Positions 8,002 to 16,729 of a stretch of DNA of 53,856 nt are shown piece by piece. The notes beneath the pieces were generated by a model, which made no database searches, was not told the DNA's origin, and saw only the letters and a list, made by a program, of their open reading frames with translations. Position 1 is the first letter of the stretch; every line of letters starts with the position of its first letter. The position numbers were made by a program, and so were the translations under genes. Source of the stretch: a virus (taxonomy: Duplodnaviria; Caudoviricetes); IMG/VR virus record IMGVR_UViG_3300033076_000478, positions 1 to 53,856 of that record; one strand, given 5' to 3'.

Positions 8002-10734
8002 ATGGCGGACGTCAAGCGCGCACTCGATCTGGTGTCTCAATATCAGGATCCGGCCAGCAAGAAGATGGAAGGCTGGAACTGGAGGCCCCTGAAAGACGTC
8101 CAGAACGACCTTGAAGGCCTCCCGAGCATCCCCGGCCACGTCGAGGACTTCGGGGCCTTCATGGACGAGATGGCGCGCAAGGCGTCCACCAAGGGCTTGT
8201 CGCCCCGCGACCTGATCAAGGCCTATGTGATCACCCGATCAAGCATCCAGCGGCGCGCCCAGACGGCTGACAAGCTGCGCGCCGCAGGCTTCCCGCTTCA
8301 TCCGAGCATTTCGGGTCAGGTTCGACCCGAGGGCGCGATGGCGGAATGGCTCAAGACCCCGATTGGCCAGCGCTATTTGGACGCTGCAGAGGTCGGAAAG
8401 GTCGATCCCGAGGCCGTTGCACACGCCCAGAAGGTCATGAAGCCCTTCGGCCTCAACGCCGAAAGCGATGCTCTGCCTTGGGCAGCCCATAACCTGCACG
8501 ACAAGGCCGGCGTGGTGTCTGACATGGTCAAAAGGGCCATTTCCAACGACAGCCCGGTCGCGGAATGGCGCGAATTTGGCAAAAAACTGCACGGGATCGG
8601 CACCGCAAAGGCCGGTTTTGTCGCCTCCATGCTGGGCCGGGGCGATCAACCCACGCTGGACGCCCGTCAGGTGATCCTTCAGACCGGAATGCCGACGTCA
8701 GAAGCCAAAAAGCCCCTCGCCCGGGCTGGTTTTGAGGGCGTGGACCGCCTTGCGGCGCGCCAAACGGCACTGAACCCCAAGATGCAGTCCGGCCTTGAGC
8801 CTTTCCGGCAGCACCTGACCCACCATGCGATCTGGGACAAGGTCGGAAACGAGCAAACCACGCATCAGGATGTCATCGACGCCATGCGGCATGCTGCTAC
8901 TGGCGGGCGCATCGGGTTCTCCACAGGTGGAAGGTCCAATGGTACCCCGAGCGACGAGATCTTCGCCCATGCCATTGCTGCTCTTGGCATCCCCGGTCAC
9001 GATCTGGGCAACATGAACCCGGATTTCCTGAAGGCACTACAGAAGGTCCACACCCCGTTCAGCGCTGACCCTGAAGTGGTGAAGAAAGCCCTCGCCATTT
9101 CTCAGAGCCTCGTCCCGTCCATGAGCGCTAAAAAGGGCGAGAGCAGCGCCTATTACAACGTGGGGCAGAAATTCGCACCGCCGGACGTCAAAACGACCAT
9201 TGGCGATATTCCGGGCGTCAAGCCGCTTGAAAAGCGCCCGATGTCGTGGGAGGACTTTTATCATCAGGCCAAAGGCGGCACCCTGATCAACGTCGGTGGT
9301 GACCGGTCGAACCTTGGTCGCCTGACCCACATCAACGGCGAACCGCTGAACTGGCCGGTCGACCTCCATGCCGGCCCAAAGTACATGTTGGAACCTAATC
9401 CCGGCGCGGTATGGGCAAACTCCGCCGCCCACACCACCTCGTTCAACAAGAAGATCCGCGAGGCTGCCGAAAAAGGCCCGGTTTATGGCGTCTACAGCCC
9501 TATGGGTCCGAGCGCAGTTGACAGTTCGCACAACATGTTCGACGCCCTGATGGCGCAGATCGACAAGAACAAGATTGACCCGGCAGACGCCAAGCTCTTC
9601 GATGATGCCCTGCGCTCGGGAAGCCACATGCCAGACAAGGCTGACAAGCCGAAGGGCGCGGAGGCTATGAAGGGCTGGCCCGGCATTTTGAACCCCAAGG
9701 AAGCCTCCGAGTTTGCCCGCAACCTGCCCGGCACACACCGCTCTGCAATCGTGGGGATGATGGACAAGAAGGGCTGGATGGACAAAGGCTTCCCCAGCGT
9801 GGGTATGACCCGCGTTGCCATCACCGATCCAGAAGTGCTTAAGGCTCCGGGCAATATGTTTGGGCACAGGATTGTCCAGTTCGACCCGGACACCGGAAAG
9901 GCCGAGGAGAAAGCGTTCAAGCACTCCACCTATCAGGAGGCCACGCCCGGAAAGTACGTCGGCGATGTCCCTCTGGTGCAGCGTCAGTACGTCATGCCGG
10001 ACGTCATGGAGAAGCTGACGGGACGCCCCGACTGGCTTGAGAAAGGCTTGATTGCCCATCCTTTCTCTGACCAGCCGACCGGGAGATCGACAATCCGCAA
10101 GATGTTTGAGGAGCAGAAGCAATCCCAGCCGATCAACCAGCGCATGCTGGACAGCATCATGACCGGAATGCAGCGCCAGAAGGAATACGGCTTCAAGCGC
10201 GGCGGCGCGGTCAACCCGACCGATGCCCAAAAGGCCGCAGGCAACTACCGGAAGGATCACATCAGCTTCCAAGGATTACCGATCAGCATCGAGACCCGCA
10301 AGGGACAGACGCGCAGCGGGACCAGCCCTGACGGCCGGAAGTGGTCGGTCAAGTTGCCGTACGATTACGGCTACATCAAGCGCACTGAGGGCGCGGATGG
10401 CGACCATGTCGACGTCTGTATCGGGCCGGATCACCAGTCCGAACACGTATTCATCGTTGACCAGCAGGATCACCGCACCGGCAAGTTCGATGAGCATAAG
10501 GTGATGCTGGGGTACCGCACCAAATCCGAGGCTGAACACGCCTACATGGCCGGTTTCAGCGACGGAAAGGGCAAGCTTCGCATCCAGTCTGTCGTGGGGA
10601 TGCCGATGGCTGATTTCAAACGCTGGATCCGGCACTGCAGCACCAAAAAGCCTGTCAAGGGCCAGTCCCACATCGAACGTGCATTGGCAGCTGCTTCGGT
10701 GTACTCTGGCAAGACAAACCGGGACGCCGGATAA
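8002..10734 (+). CDS. polyvalent protein: HhH-GPD-like domain, unknown domain, inorganic pyrophosphatase (InPase-like)
   Basis: LHGIGTAKAGFVASMLG...TLDARQ; C-terminal PTDAQKAAGNY...YGYIKRTEGADGDHVDV...FDEHKVMLG. Confidence 0.7.
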   Translation: MADVKRALDLVSQYQDPASKKMEGWNWRPLKDVQNDLEGLPSIPGHVEDFGAFMDEMARKASTKGLSPRDLIKAYVITRSSIQRRAQTADKLRAAGFPLHPSISGQVRPEGAMAEWLKTPIGQRYLDAAEVGKVDPEAVAHAQKVMKPFGLNAESDALPWAAHNLHDKAGVVSDMVKRAISNDSPVAEWREFGKKLHGIGTAKAGFVASMLGRGDQPTLDARQVILQTGMPTSEAKKPLARAGFEGVDRLAARQTALNPKMQSGLEPFRQHLTHHAIWDKVGNEQTTHQDVIDAMRHAATGGRIGFSTGGRSNGTPSDEIFAHAIAALGIPGHDLGNMNPDFLKALQKVHTPFSADPEVVKKALAISQSLVPSMSAKKGESSAYYNVGQKFAPPDVKTTIGDIPGVKPLEKRPMSWEDFYHQAKGGTLINVGGDRSNLGRLTHINGEPLNWPVDLHAGPKYMLEPNPGAVWANSAAHTTSFNKKIREAAEKGPVYGVYSPMGPSAVDSSHNMFDALMAQIDKNKIDPADAKLFDDALRSGSHMPDKADKPKGAEAMKGWPGILNPKEASEFARNLPGTHRSAIVGMMDKKGWMDKGFPSVGMTRVAITDPEVLKAPGNMFGHRIVQFDPDTGKAEEKAFKHSTYQEATPGKYVGDVPLVQRQYVMPDVMEKLTGRPDWLEKGLIAHPFSDQPTGRSTIRKMFEEQKQSQPINQRMLDSIMTGMQRQKEYGFKRGGAVNPTDAQKAAGNYRKDHISFQGLPISIETRKGQTRSGTSPDGRKWSVKLPYDYGYIKRTEGADGDHVDVCIGPDHQSEHVFIVDQQDHRTGKFDEHKVMLGYRTKSEAEHAYMAGFSDGKGKLRIQSVVGMPMADFKRWIRHCSTKKPVKGQSHIERALAAASVYSGKTNRDAG

Positions 10735-10751
10735 CCTCAGAGGATCTTCAG

Positions 10752-12035
10752 ATGGACTTCAAATCGCTGCGCGCAGCCAGAACCAAGAAGGCGGAAGACC
10801 GCATCAACAGCAGCGGTGGAAAGGTCGACGCCTCCGACTGGAAGCCTGACGAGCCGTTGGACGCGGACGTCCAGACGGGCGAACGCCCGGTGTCCCGGCG
10901 CGCCTTCAAGGTGGGCGGCAAGGTGGATGGCGAGAAGGCCATGACCGACCTGTCGCGCAAGCCCCGCAAGTCTGGTGGCGCTGCACTGTCGGCCAACAGC
11001 CTGCAGAACCGCGACATGAAGGAAGCCAACGAGGAGCGCGAGGGCAAGAAGCACGTCGGCGGCTTCAAGCGCGGTGGCGTGATCAAGAAAGAGGGCGGCG
11101 GCGCGGCTGACAGCGGTCAGGTGGCCAAGTCTGATGACGACTGGCGCAAGGCCAACCCGGACATCGCCAAGGCGGAGATGGAGAACCTGAACCGCAAGCG
11201 GCCGTCACCCAACCCCTACCGCGACACCATCCAGCCGGGCGTCGAAACGTCCGAGCAGGACGGCATGAAGCGCGGCGGCGCGGCCAAGAAGAAGTACGAG
11301 GGATCGCCCAAGGACAACCTGATCGACGCCAAGATGGCGAAGAAGAAGGGCATGACCCACGCTGAGTGGGAGAAGTCCGCCGAGGACAAGCGGATGGACG
11401 CCAAGGGTCAGCGCGAGATGGATGCCCGCAAGGCCCGCAAGGACGGTGGCAAGGCCGAGAACTGGATTGCTGGCGCGATCAAGAAGCCCGGCGCGCTGTC
11501 GAAGTCTCTGCACGTCGCGGAAGACAAGAACATCCCGATGTCCAAGATCAAGAAGGCCGAGGAGAGCGATGATCCGAAGCTGGCGAAGCGCGCCCGCTTG
11601 GCTGAGACGCTCAAGGACATGCACAAGGCGCACGGGGGCGACTGCACCTGCAAAGCCTGTGGTGGCCGCATGGAGCGCAAGGCCGGTGGTCGTGTCGCCA
11701 AGGGCAAGACCAACATCGTGATCAACGTCCTGCCGCATCCGGGCAAGGCTGCGCCGGAGGCACCGGCTGGCATGGGTCCGATGCCGGGTGCTGCCCCCGC
11801 CGCGCCCCCGCCCATGGCACCCCCGCCGCCGGCCCACATCGGCATGCCTGCAGGCCTCGGCGCTGCCATGACTGGCGCTGCTGGCGCTGGCCCCATGCCG
11901 GGCGCTGGCGCTCCCCCGATGCCGCCCATGATGGCGCGCAAGGACGGCGGCAAGGTCTATCCGAAGATGCGCTTCGGGGCTGGTTCCGGGAAGGGCCGCC
12001 TTGAAAAGATCGAGGAATACGGTAAAAAGGCCTGA
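10752..12035 (+). CDS. Lys/Gly-rich putative internal head protein with 11 xxGG motifs
   Basis: 427 aa, basic and low complexity, WIAGAIKKPGAL block, Pro-rich tail, GAGGA RBS. Confidence 0.7.
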   Translation: MDFKSLRAARTKKAEDRINSSGGKVDASDWKPDEPLDADVQTGERPVSRRAFKVGGKVDGEKAMTDLSRKPRKSGGAALSANSLQNRDMKEANEEREGKKHVGGFKRGGVIKKEGGGAADSGQVAKSDDDWRKANPDIAKAEMENLNRKRPSPNPYRDTIQPGVETSEQDGMKRGGAAKKKYEGSPKDNLIDAKMAKKKGMTHAEWEKSAEDKRMDAKGQREMDARKARKDGGKAENWIAGAIKKPGALSKSLHVAEDKNIPMSKIKKAEESDDPKLAKRARLAETLKDMHKAHGGDCTCKACGGRMERKAGGRVAKGKTNIVINVLPHPGKAAPEAPAGMGPMPGAAPAAPPPMAPPPPAHIGMPAGLGAAMTGAAGAGPMPGAGAPPMPPMMARKDGGKVYPKMRFGAGSGKGRLEKIEEYGKKA

Positions 12036-12059
12036 GGCGTACCCTCCCTGCGCCTTCTT

Positions 12060-12102
12060 GCGGCACCCGGGCTACGTGGCGATGTCACGATCCGGGTGCC
12101 GC
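12060..12102. promoter_or_regulatory. intergenic long stem-loop
   Basis: GCGGCACCCGG/CCGGGTGCCGC (11 bp) enclosing CGTGGC/GTCACG; no U tail. Confidence 0.5.
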
Positions 12103-12120
12103 GCACCTGATGAATGATGG

Positions 12121-12333
12121 ATGACCGATATGCAAACCGCAGGCTCATTGTTTGAGCGCCACATTCTCCACCTTATCGCGGAGAGACGGTCCCAGCTGGT
12201 CGAGAACCTATCAAACGGCGCAGCCATAAAGAGCATGGAGGACTACCGGGCGATCACCGGCAGGATTTCCGAGCTTGATGTGGTGGTGGAGTTGTGCGCC
12301 GAAGCCGACAAACTCGTCAACCGAACCCTCTGA
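12121..12333 (+). CDS. hypothetical protein
   Basis: 70-aa helical ORF directly before the co-chaperonin gene. Confidence 0.7.
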   Translation: MTDMQTAGSLFERHILHLIAERRSQLVENLSNGAAIKSMEDYRAITGRISELDVVVELCAEADKLVNRTL

Positions 12334-12342
12334 GGATTAAAT

Positions 12343-12732
12343 ATGCCGCACATGCCCATGATGCACGAGAAAGACCCCAAGGAAGCCATCCTTGAGGATC
12401 TCGGCGACATCTCCAAGGTCGAACTGTTCCACAATCAGGTGCTTCTGGCGGTCTACATCCGGCCGACCAAGACCAAATCCGGCCTGATCCTGACCGACAA
12501 CCACGTCGATGAAGACCGCTACCAGTCCAAGGTCGGCCTGCTGGTCAAGCGCGGCCCGATGGCGTTCGAACAGGACGACAACTGGTTCTCCAACCTGACC
12601 TTCAACGACCACGACTGGCTGGTATTCCGCCCGTCAGACGGCTGGTCGATCACCGTCAACGGCGTCCTGTGCCGGATCTTCGATGACATCAACATCAAGG
12701 GCCGGGTCGATCACCCCGATGCCGTTTACTGA
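12343..12732 (+). CDS. groES: co-chaperonin GroES-like protein
   Basis: TKTKSGLIL mobile loop, GLLVKRGP, DWLVF, VNGVLCRIFDD. Confidence 0.8.
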   Translation: MPHMPMMHEKDPKEAILEDLGDISKVELFHNQVLLAVYIRPTKTKSGLILTDNHVDEDRYQSKVGLLVKRGPMAFEQDDNWFSNLTFNDHDWLVFRPSDGWSITVNGVLCRIFDDINIKGRVDHPDAVY

Positions 12733-12742
12733 GGGATAAAGC

Positions 12743-13597
12743 ATGTCTGAAGAGGCTCTTGAAGTCGAATTTGTGCCGGATGAACAGCCTGAGGCTCAGG
12801 TTGAAACCCCGGAAGTCATCCCGCCGGAGGATGGCATTGCCGAACTGAAGCGCCAGCTGGAAGCCGAGCGGGCCGAGCGCATTCGCGCCCAGCAGCAGCT
12901 GCAGCAAGCCAACCGTGAGGCCTATCAGGCCAAGAACGAGGCGCACGACACCAACCTGCAGCTGGTGGTCAGCGCCATCGAGACGGTCAGCCGCGACCTT
13001 GAGCTTCTCAGCCAAGCGCACACGGCAGCCCTGCAGAATGGCGACTACGACCGCGCCACCAAGATCCAGCGCGAGATGTCCGCCCACGAGGCCCAGCTTC
13101 TGCAGCTGAACAACGGCCGGGACGCCATGCAGAACGCACCCCGGCCGGCAGAGCCTGTGGCGGCACCGGCAGACCCTGTTGAGGCTCTGGCAAGCCAGCT
13201 GACGCCCCGCTCGGCCGACTGGATCCGCCGTCACCCCGAGTGCGTCCGCGACAGCCGCATGAACGCCAAGATGATCGCCGCCCACAACCTCGCCGTGGCC
13301 GATGGCATCCCGGTGGACAGCGACGAGTATTTCGACGTCATCGAAAGCACCCTCAAACTCAAGGCTGCGCCGGCAAACACCACTGCCGACACCGATGATG
13401 CGTACGCTGCAAAGGTCGTCCAGCGGCGCGATGCTCAGCCCGCTGCCGCCCCGGCAAACCGCAGTTCACCCACCTCCCGGACGAATGTCGTTCGCCTTTC
13501 CAGCGCACAGCGCGAGATGGCGGAGATGATGGGCATGAAGCCCGAGGAGTATGCCAAGAACCTGATCGCCCTCAAGAAGGAAGGCAAAATCCAATGA
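12743..13597 (+). CDS. putative capsid scaffolding protein
   Basis: Acidic N-terminus, coiled coil, C-terminal VRLSSAQREMAEMMGMKPEEYAK; lies in the head module. Confidence 0.6.
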   Translation: MSEEALEVEFVPDEQPEAQVETPEVIPPEDGIAELKRQLEAERAERIRAQQQLQQANREAYQAKNEAHDTNLQLVVSAIETVSRDLELLSQAHTAALQNGDYDRATKIQREMSAHEAQLLQLNNGRDAMQNAPRPAEPVAAPADPVEALASQLTPRSADWIRRHPECVRDSRMNAKMIAAHNLAVADGIPVDSDEYFDVIESTLKLKAAPANTTADTDDAYAAKVVQRRDAQPAAAPANRSSPTSRTNVVRLSSAQREMAEMMGMKPEEYAKNLIALKKEGKIQ

Positions 13598-14106
13598 ACA
13601 ATCGTCCCCCGGTTCGCCCCGCCGCGCCCACCACTGAGATGTCGCCCCGCGAACGCGCCGCCGCCCGTATCGCTCAGTTGCGTGGCCACAACACCGACAT
13701 TGCCGACGAAGGCATGGATGAGTTCTTCATCGAGCCGGGCATCATCCCGGACGGCTGGACTTACGAGTGGAAGACCCGGCTGATCCTCGGCGCGGAAGAT
13801 CCGGCTCACCAAGTGGCTCTTGCCCGCAAAGGATGGGAGAGCGTTCCCGCCTCTCGGCACCCGGAGTTGATGCCGGTCGGCTACAGTGGCAACGAGATCA
13901 CCCGCAAGGGCATGGTCCTGATGGAGCGCCCCTCTGAGATCACCCGGGAGGTCCGCGAGGCCGAGGCCCGCCGCGCACGGCTCCAGATGAAGAACAAGGA
14001 AGAGCAGCTGACCCAGTCCAAGGCCGGCCAGTTCGAGCGCCTCAACAAGGGCGAGGACATGGTCAAGGTCAAGAAGGGGTATGAGGCCATGCCCATCCCC
14101 GAATGA
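13594..14106 (+). CDS. conserved head-module hypothetical protein
   Basis: 170 aa, PDGWTYEWK...GWESVPASRHPE; ATGA overlap with the upstream gene. Confidence 0.75.
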   Translation: MNNRPPVRPAAPTTEMSPRERAAARIAQLRGHNTDIADEGMDEFFIEPGIIPDGWTYEWKTRLILGAEDPAHQVALARKGWESVPASRHPELMPVGYSGNEITRKGMVLMERPSEITREVREAEARRARLQMKNKEEQLTQSKAGQFERLNKGEDMVKVKKGYEAMPIPE

Positions 14107-14303
14107 TCAAGGCGGTCAAGATCTACAACAAGATCGGGCGTCTCCGCAAAGCCATCAGGGCCGAGGGGACGCCCGCCATACAGGCAGCGTGGGACCAGCT
14201 GGAACCTCATGTCTCGGTTTTCTTCAACGCGGAGGGGCGTGATGGGACTGGCGGAAAGGATGAACGCAACAGTGCCGGGTCAGGTGACGTGGGCAAACCC
14301 TGA
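14103..14303 (+). CDS. hypothetical protein
   Basis: ATGA coupling to the upstream gene. Confidence 0.55.
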   Translation: MIKAVKIYNKIGRLRKAIRAEGTPAIQAAWDQLEPHVSVFFNAEGRDGTGGKDERNSAGSGDVGKP

Positions 14304-14487
14304 CCTTGGCAGGCGCTGCAACGAGTGCATTCACATCCAGCTGGCCTCACGGCCGTCCCAGCACAACAGGCACGTCTGCGGGCTGGTGAAGCTGGTGTCT
14401 GGCCGGAGTGGCGTCAACCTGAACGCGCATCGGGCCATCGCCTGTTCGAAATTCGAGGCCATTGACAACAAGTCTGTGACCAAGTAG
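14242..14487 (+). CDS. small Cys-rich hypothetical protein
   Basis: GGAGG RBS at 14231-14235; CxxCxH...C...C pattern. Confidence 0.6.
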   Translation: MGLAERMNATVPGQVTWANPDLGRRCNECIHIQLASRPSQHNRHVCGLVKLVSGRSGVNLNAHRAIACSKFEAIDNKSVTK

Positions 14488-14490
14488 ACA
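14462..14490 (+). promoter_or_regulatory. sigma70-like promoter for the RNA island
   Basis: TTGACA-N17-TAGACA just before the non-coding region. Confidence 0.5.
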
Positions 14491-14536
14491 ATTCGTGTGT
14501 GTGGTCCTCCCCATGCAGGTTGGTTCCCGAGAGGGA

Positions 14537-14558
14537 TGGCAGGCCGGAAAGACGGCCA
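14537..14558 (+). repeat. 22-nt hairpin repeat, copy 1
   Basis: TGGCAGGCCGGAAAGACGGCCA; 21/22 identical to 14815-14836. Confidence 0.85.
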
Positions 14559-14568
14559 ACTCGATTGG

Positions 14569-14643
14569 TGCGAGGTAGAGCAGTGGTAGCTCGGCTGGTT
14601 CATACCCAGCAGGTCGTGGGTTCGACCCCCACCTTCGCAACCA
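14569..14643 (+). tRNA. tRNA-Met(CAT), initiator-like
   Basis: Full cloverleaf: acceptor TGCGAGG/CTTCGCA, D arm GAGC/GCTC, anticodon arm GCTGG-TTCATAC-CCAGC, T arm GTGGG-TTCGACC-CCCAC, encoded CCA. Confidence 0.92.
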
Positions 14644-15024
14644 ACCGCGTTCTGGCGGGCCGTTGATCAATTCGGGATAACCAGTGCGGGCTGGCCCCGG
14701 AAGAAGTTGGCGGTCCTCCAGAACGCGGTTTCAAAACAGAGATGCGAAGGCCTAGTAGCGGGGTGACAGCATGACCCGGCGAATATCCAGAGCATGGCGG
14801 AGGCCGTTAAACTCTGGCAGGCCGGGAAGACGGCCACACCGCCTTCTGGTGGATCGTCTGATAGCCAAGGGGAGAACGGCGTGGCCAGCTGGGATGCTTT
14901 TGGTGAGGCGGACGGTCCTCCTGAGCGCGGCGCAATTACGGCCAAGCGGTAAGCCCGCAATCGGAACAGCGAAACATCTAGGACGTGGCAGATAAGCTGT
15001 CCGGTGCCATCACGAAGCGGGTGG
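14643..15024 (+). ncRNA. putative structured non-coding RNA(s) of unknown class
   Basis: 13-bp stem 14643-14655/14718-14730 extended by G-U-rich pairs, CCAGAG/CTCTGG hairpin, imperfect long-range stem ~14838/~15020; no credible ORF. Confidence 0.5.
14815..14836 (+). repeat. 22-nt hairpin repeat, copy 2
   Basis: TGGCAGGCCGGGAAGACGGCCA. Confidence 0.85.
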
Positions 15025-15172
15025 TATCCGCGCTCAACCATCGTACTGGACACGTTCACATTCACATGTCATATTGCATACATTCTCCCCCCGGTGTGGG
15101 AGACGGCATAATTCCCCGTTCCTTAGTCGCCCCGGTGCGCGATGATGGAACTCCTGCTAAGGAGCATCCGAC

Positions 15173-15760
15173 ATGGCGAACGTCAACGCGCCCTTCGGCT
15201 TTTCTCAATACAGGGGCAATGGTTCCGCGCCGACCTACGAACAGGTCGTCGCCAGCATTGATCCTGCAAGCGCTGCCGCGATCTACTGCAATGATCCGGT
15301 CGCCCCGACCGCCGCTGGGTACATCGTTCAGGCCTCTTCGAACACCGTCCAGCTGGCCGGCATCTTCATGGGCTGCAAGTACCTGTCCGCCTCGCAGAAG
15401 CGCACCGTGTGGTCGCGTTACTGGCCGGGCGCTGACAACTTCAGCAACACCAGCCCGATTGAGGCCTACATCATCAACGACCCGAACTCCCGCTGGCTGG
15501 CCCAGTCGGACGCGACCGGCGTTGACCAGACCGGCATCAACGCCAACATCGGCTTCGCCATCGGCACTGGCAGCACCGTGACTGGCACCTCCGGGGCCTA
15601 TCTGGACACCACCACCATCAACACGACCAACACGCTGCCCTTCCGCATCGTGGGTCTGGACGTGGATCCGCCGGGCGCACCGGGCACCGCCGCTGGGGCC
15701 TACAACCGGGTCATCGTGGCCTTCAACAACGTCAGCACCAAGCAGCTGACCGGCGTGTAA
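15173..15760 (+). CDS. putative capsid decoration/minor capsid protein
   Basis: 195 aa, beta-rich, MANVNAPFGF start, immediately upstream of the major capsid gene, AAGGAG RBS. Confidence 0.65.
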   Translation: MANVNAPFGFSQYRGNGSAPTYEQVVASIDPASAAAIYCNDPVAPTAAGYIVQASSNTVQLAGIFMGCKYLSASQKRTVWSRYWPGADNFSNTSPIEAYIINDPNSRWLAQSDATGVDQTGINANIGFAIGTGSTVTGTSGAYLDTTTINTTNTLPFRIVGLDVDPPGAPGTAAGAYNRVIVAFNNVSTKQLTGV

Positions 15761-15772
15761 GGAGCAAAAGGA

Positions 15773-16684
15773 ATGGCTGTCAATCTTTCCGCAATTAAAG
15801 ACCTTCTGCTCCCCGGCCTCCGTGGCGTGGAAGGCAAGTACGAGCAGATCCCGTCGCAGTACGACAAGATCTTCACGAAGCACAACTCCAAGATGGCCTT
15901 GGAACGCACCGCTGAAATGCGGTACCTCGGCTACGCCCAGCTGAAGACCGAAGGTGGCCAGACCTCGTTCGACAACGGGGCCGGTGAGCGCTTCATCTAC
16001 AACCAAGAGCATGTCGAAATCGGTCTGGGGTATGCGATCACCCGCAAGGCCATTGACGACAACCTCTACAAAACCCAGTTCTCCCCGTCGAACCTCGGCC
16101 TGATCGAAAGCTTCCAGCAGACCAAGGAAATCTACGGCGCGAACGTCCTGAACACCGCCACCACGTTCAACCCGAACATCGGCGGCGACGGCAAGGCCCT
16201 CTGCGCGACCGATCACCCGATTGACGGCGGCACCGTGGCAAACCGCGCGCTGGTCGACGTCGAACTGAACGAAGCGACCCTGCTGAACGGCATGATCTCG
16301 ATCCGGACGAACTTCCGCGATCAGGCCGGCCTGAAGGTCTTCGCCCGTGGCCGCAAGCTGATCGTGCCGCCCCAGCTGGAACCGGTCGCTATCCGCCTGA
16401 CCAAGACGGAACTGCGCCCCGGCACCTCGGACAACGACGTCAACGCGATCATGTCGACTGCCGGCGGCCTGCCGGAAGGCTACATGGTCAACGACTTCCT
16501 GACCTCGGCCGCCAACTGGTTCCTGCTGACGAACATCGACGGCCTCTCCTACATGGAGCGCGTCAAGTTCGAGACCGACATGCAGGTCGACTTCGTGACC
16601 GACAACCTGCTGGTCAAGGGCTACGAGCGCTACTCGTTCGGCTACTACAACTGGCGCGCCATCTGGGGTTCGTTCCCCTCGTGA
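15773..16684 (+). CDS. major capsid protein
   Basis: 303 aa; LLLPGL, GLGYAITRKAIDDNLY, GGDGKALC..DHP, KLIVPP and YERYSFG motifs; strong codon bias; followed by a terminator. Confidence 0.9.
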   Translation: MAVNLSAIKDLLLPGLRGVEGKYEQIPSQYDKIFTKHNSKMALERTAEMRYLGYAQLKTEGGQTSFDNGAGERFIYNQEHVEIGLGYAITRKAIDDNLYKTQFSPSNLGLIESFQQTKEIYGANVLNTATTFNPNIGGDGKALCATDHPIDGGTVANRALVDVELNEATLLNGMISIRTNFRDQAGLKVFARGRKLIVPPQLEPVAIRLTKTELRPGTSDNDVNAIMSTAGGLPEGYMVNDFLTSAANWFLLTNIDGLSYMERVKFETDMQVDFVTDNLLVKGYERYSFGYYNWRAIWGSFPS

Positions 16685-16698
16685 TCGCCTGATCGACC

Positions 16699-16729
16699 GA
16701 AGGGGGCTTCGGCCCCCTTCTTCCTTTCT
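16699..16729 (+). terminator. Rho-independent terminator after the major capsid gene
   Basis: GAAGGGGGC-TTCG-GCCCCCTTC followed by TTCCTTTCT. Confidence 0.75.

Noticed and set aside
14647-14756. HDV/theta-like ribozyme after the tRNA (P1 GCGTTCT/AGAACGC, GG, GCGAAG)
   Set aside because: P3/L3 would be only 2 bp plus 4 nt and P2 about 3 bp; the simple long hairpin explains the pairing better. A self-cleavage assay would settle it.
14537-14836. Mini CRISPR array from the 22-nt repeats
   Set aside because: Only two copies, about 256 nt apart and enclosing a tRNA; no cas genes.
14855-14980. Hammerhead ribozyme (CTGATAG ... GAAAC)
   Set aside because: The core does not match CUGANGA and flanking stems are not evident.
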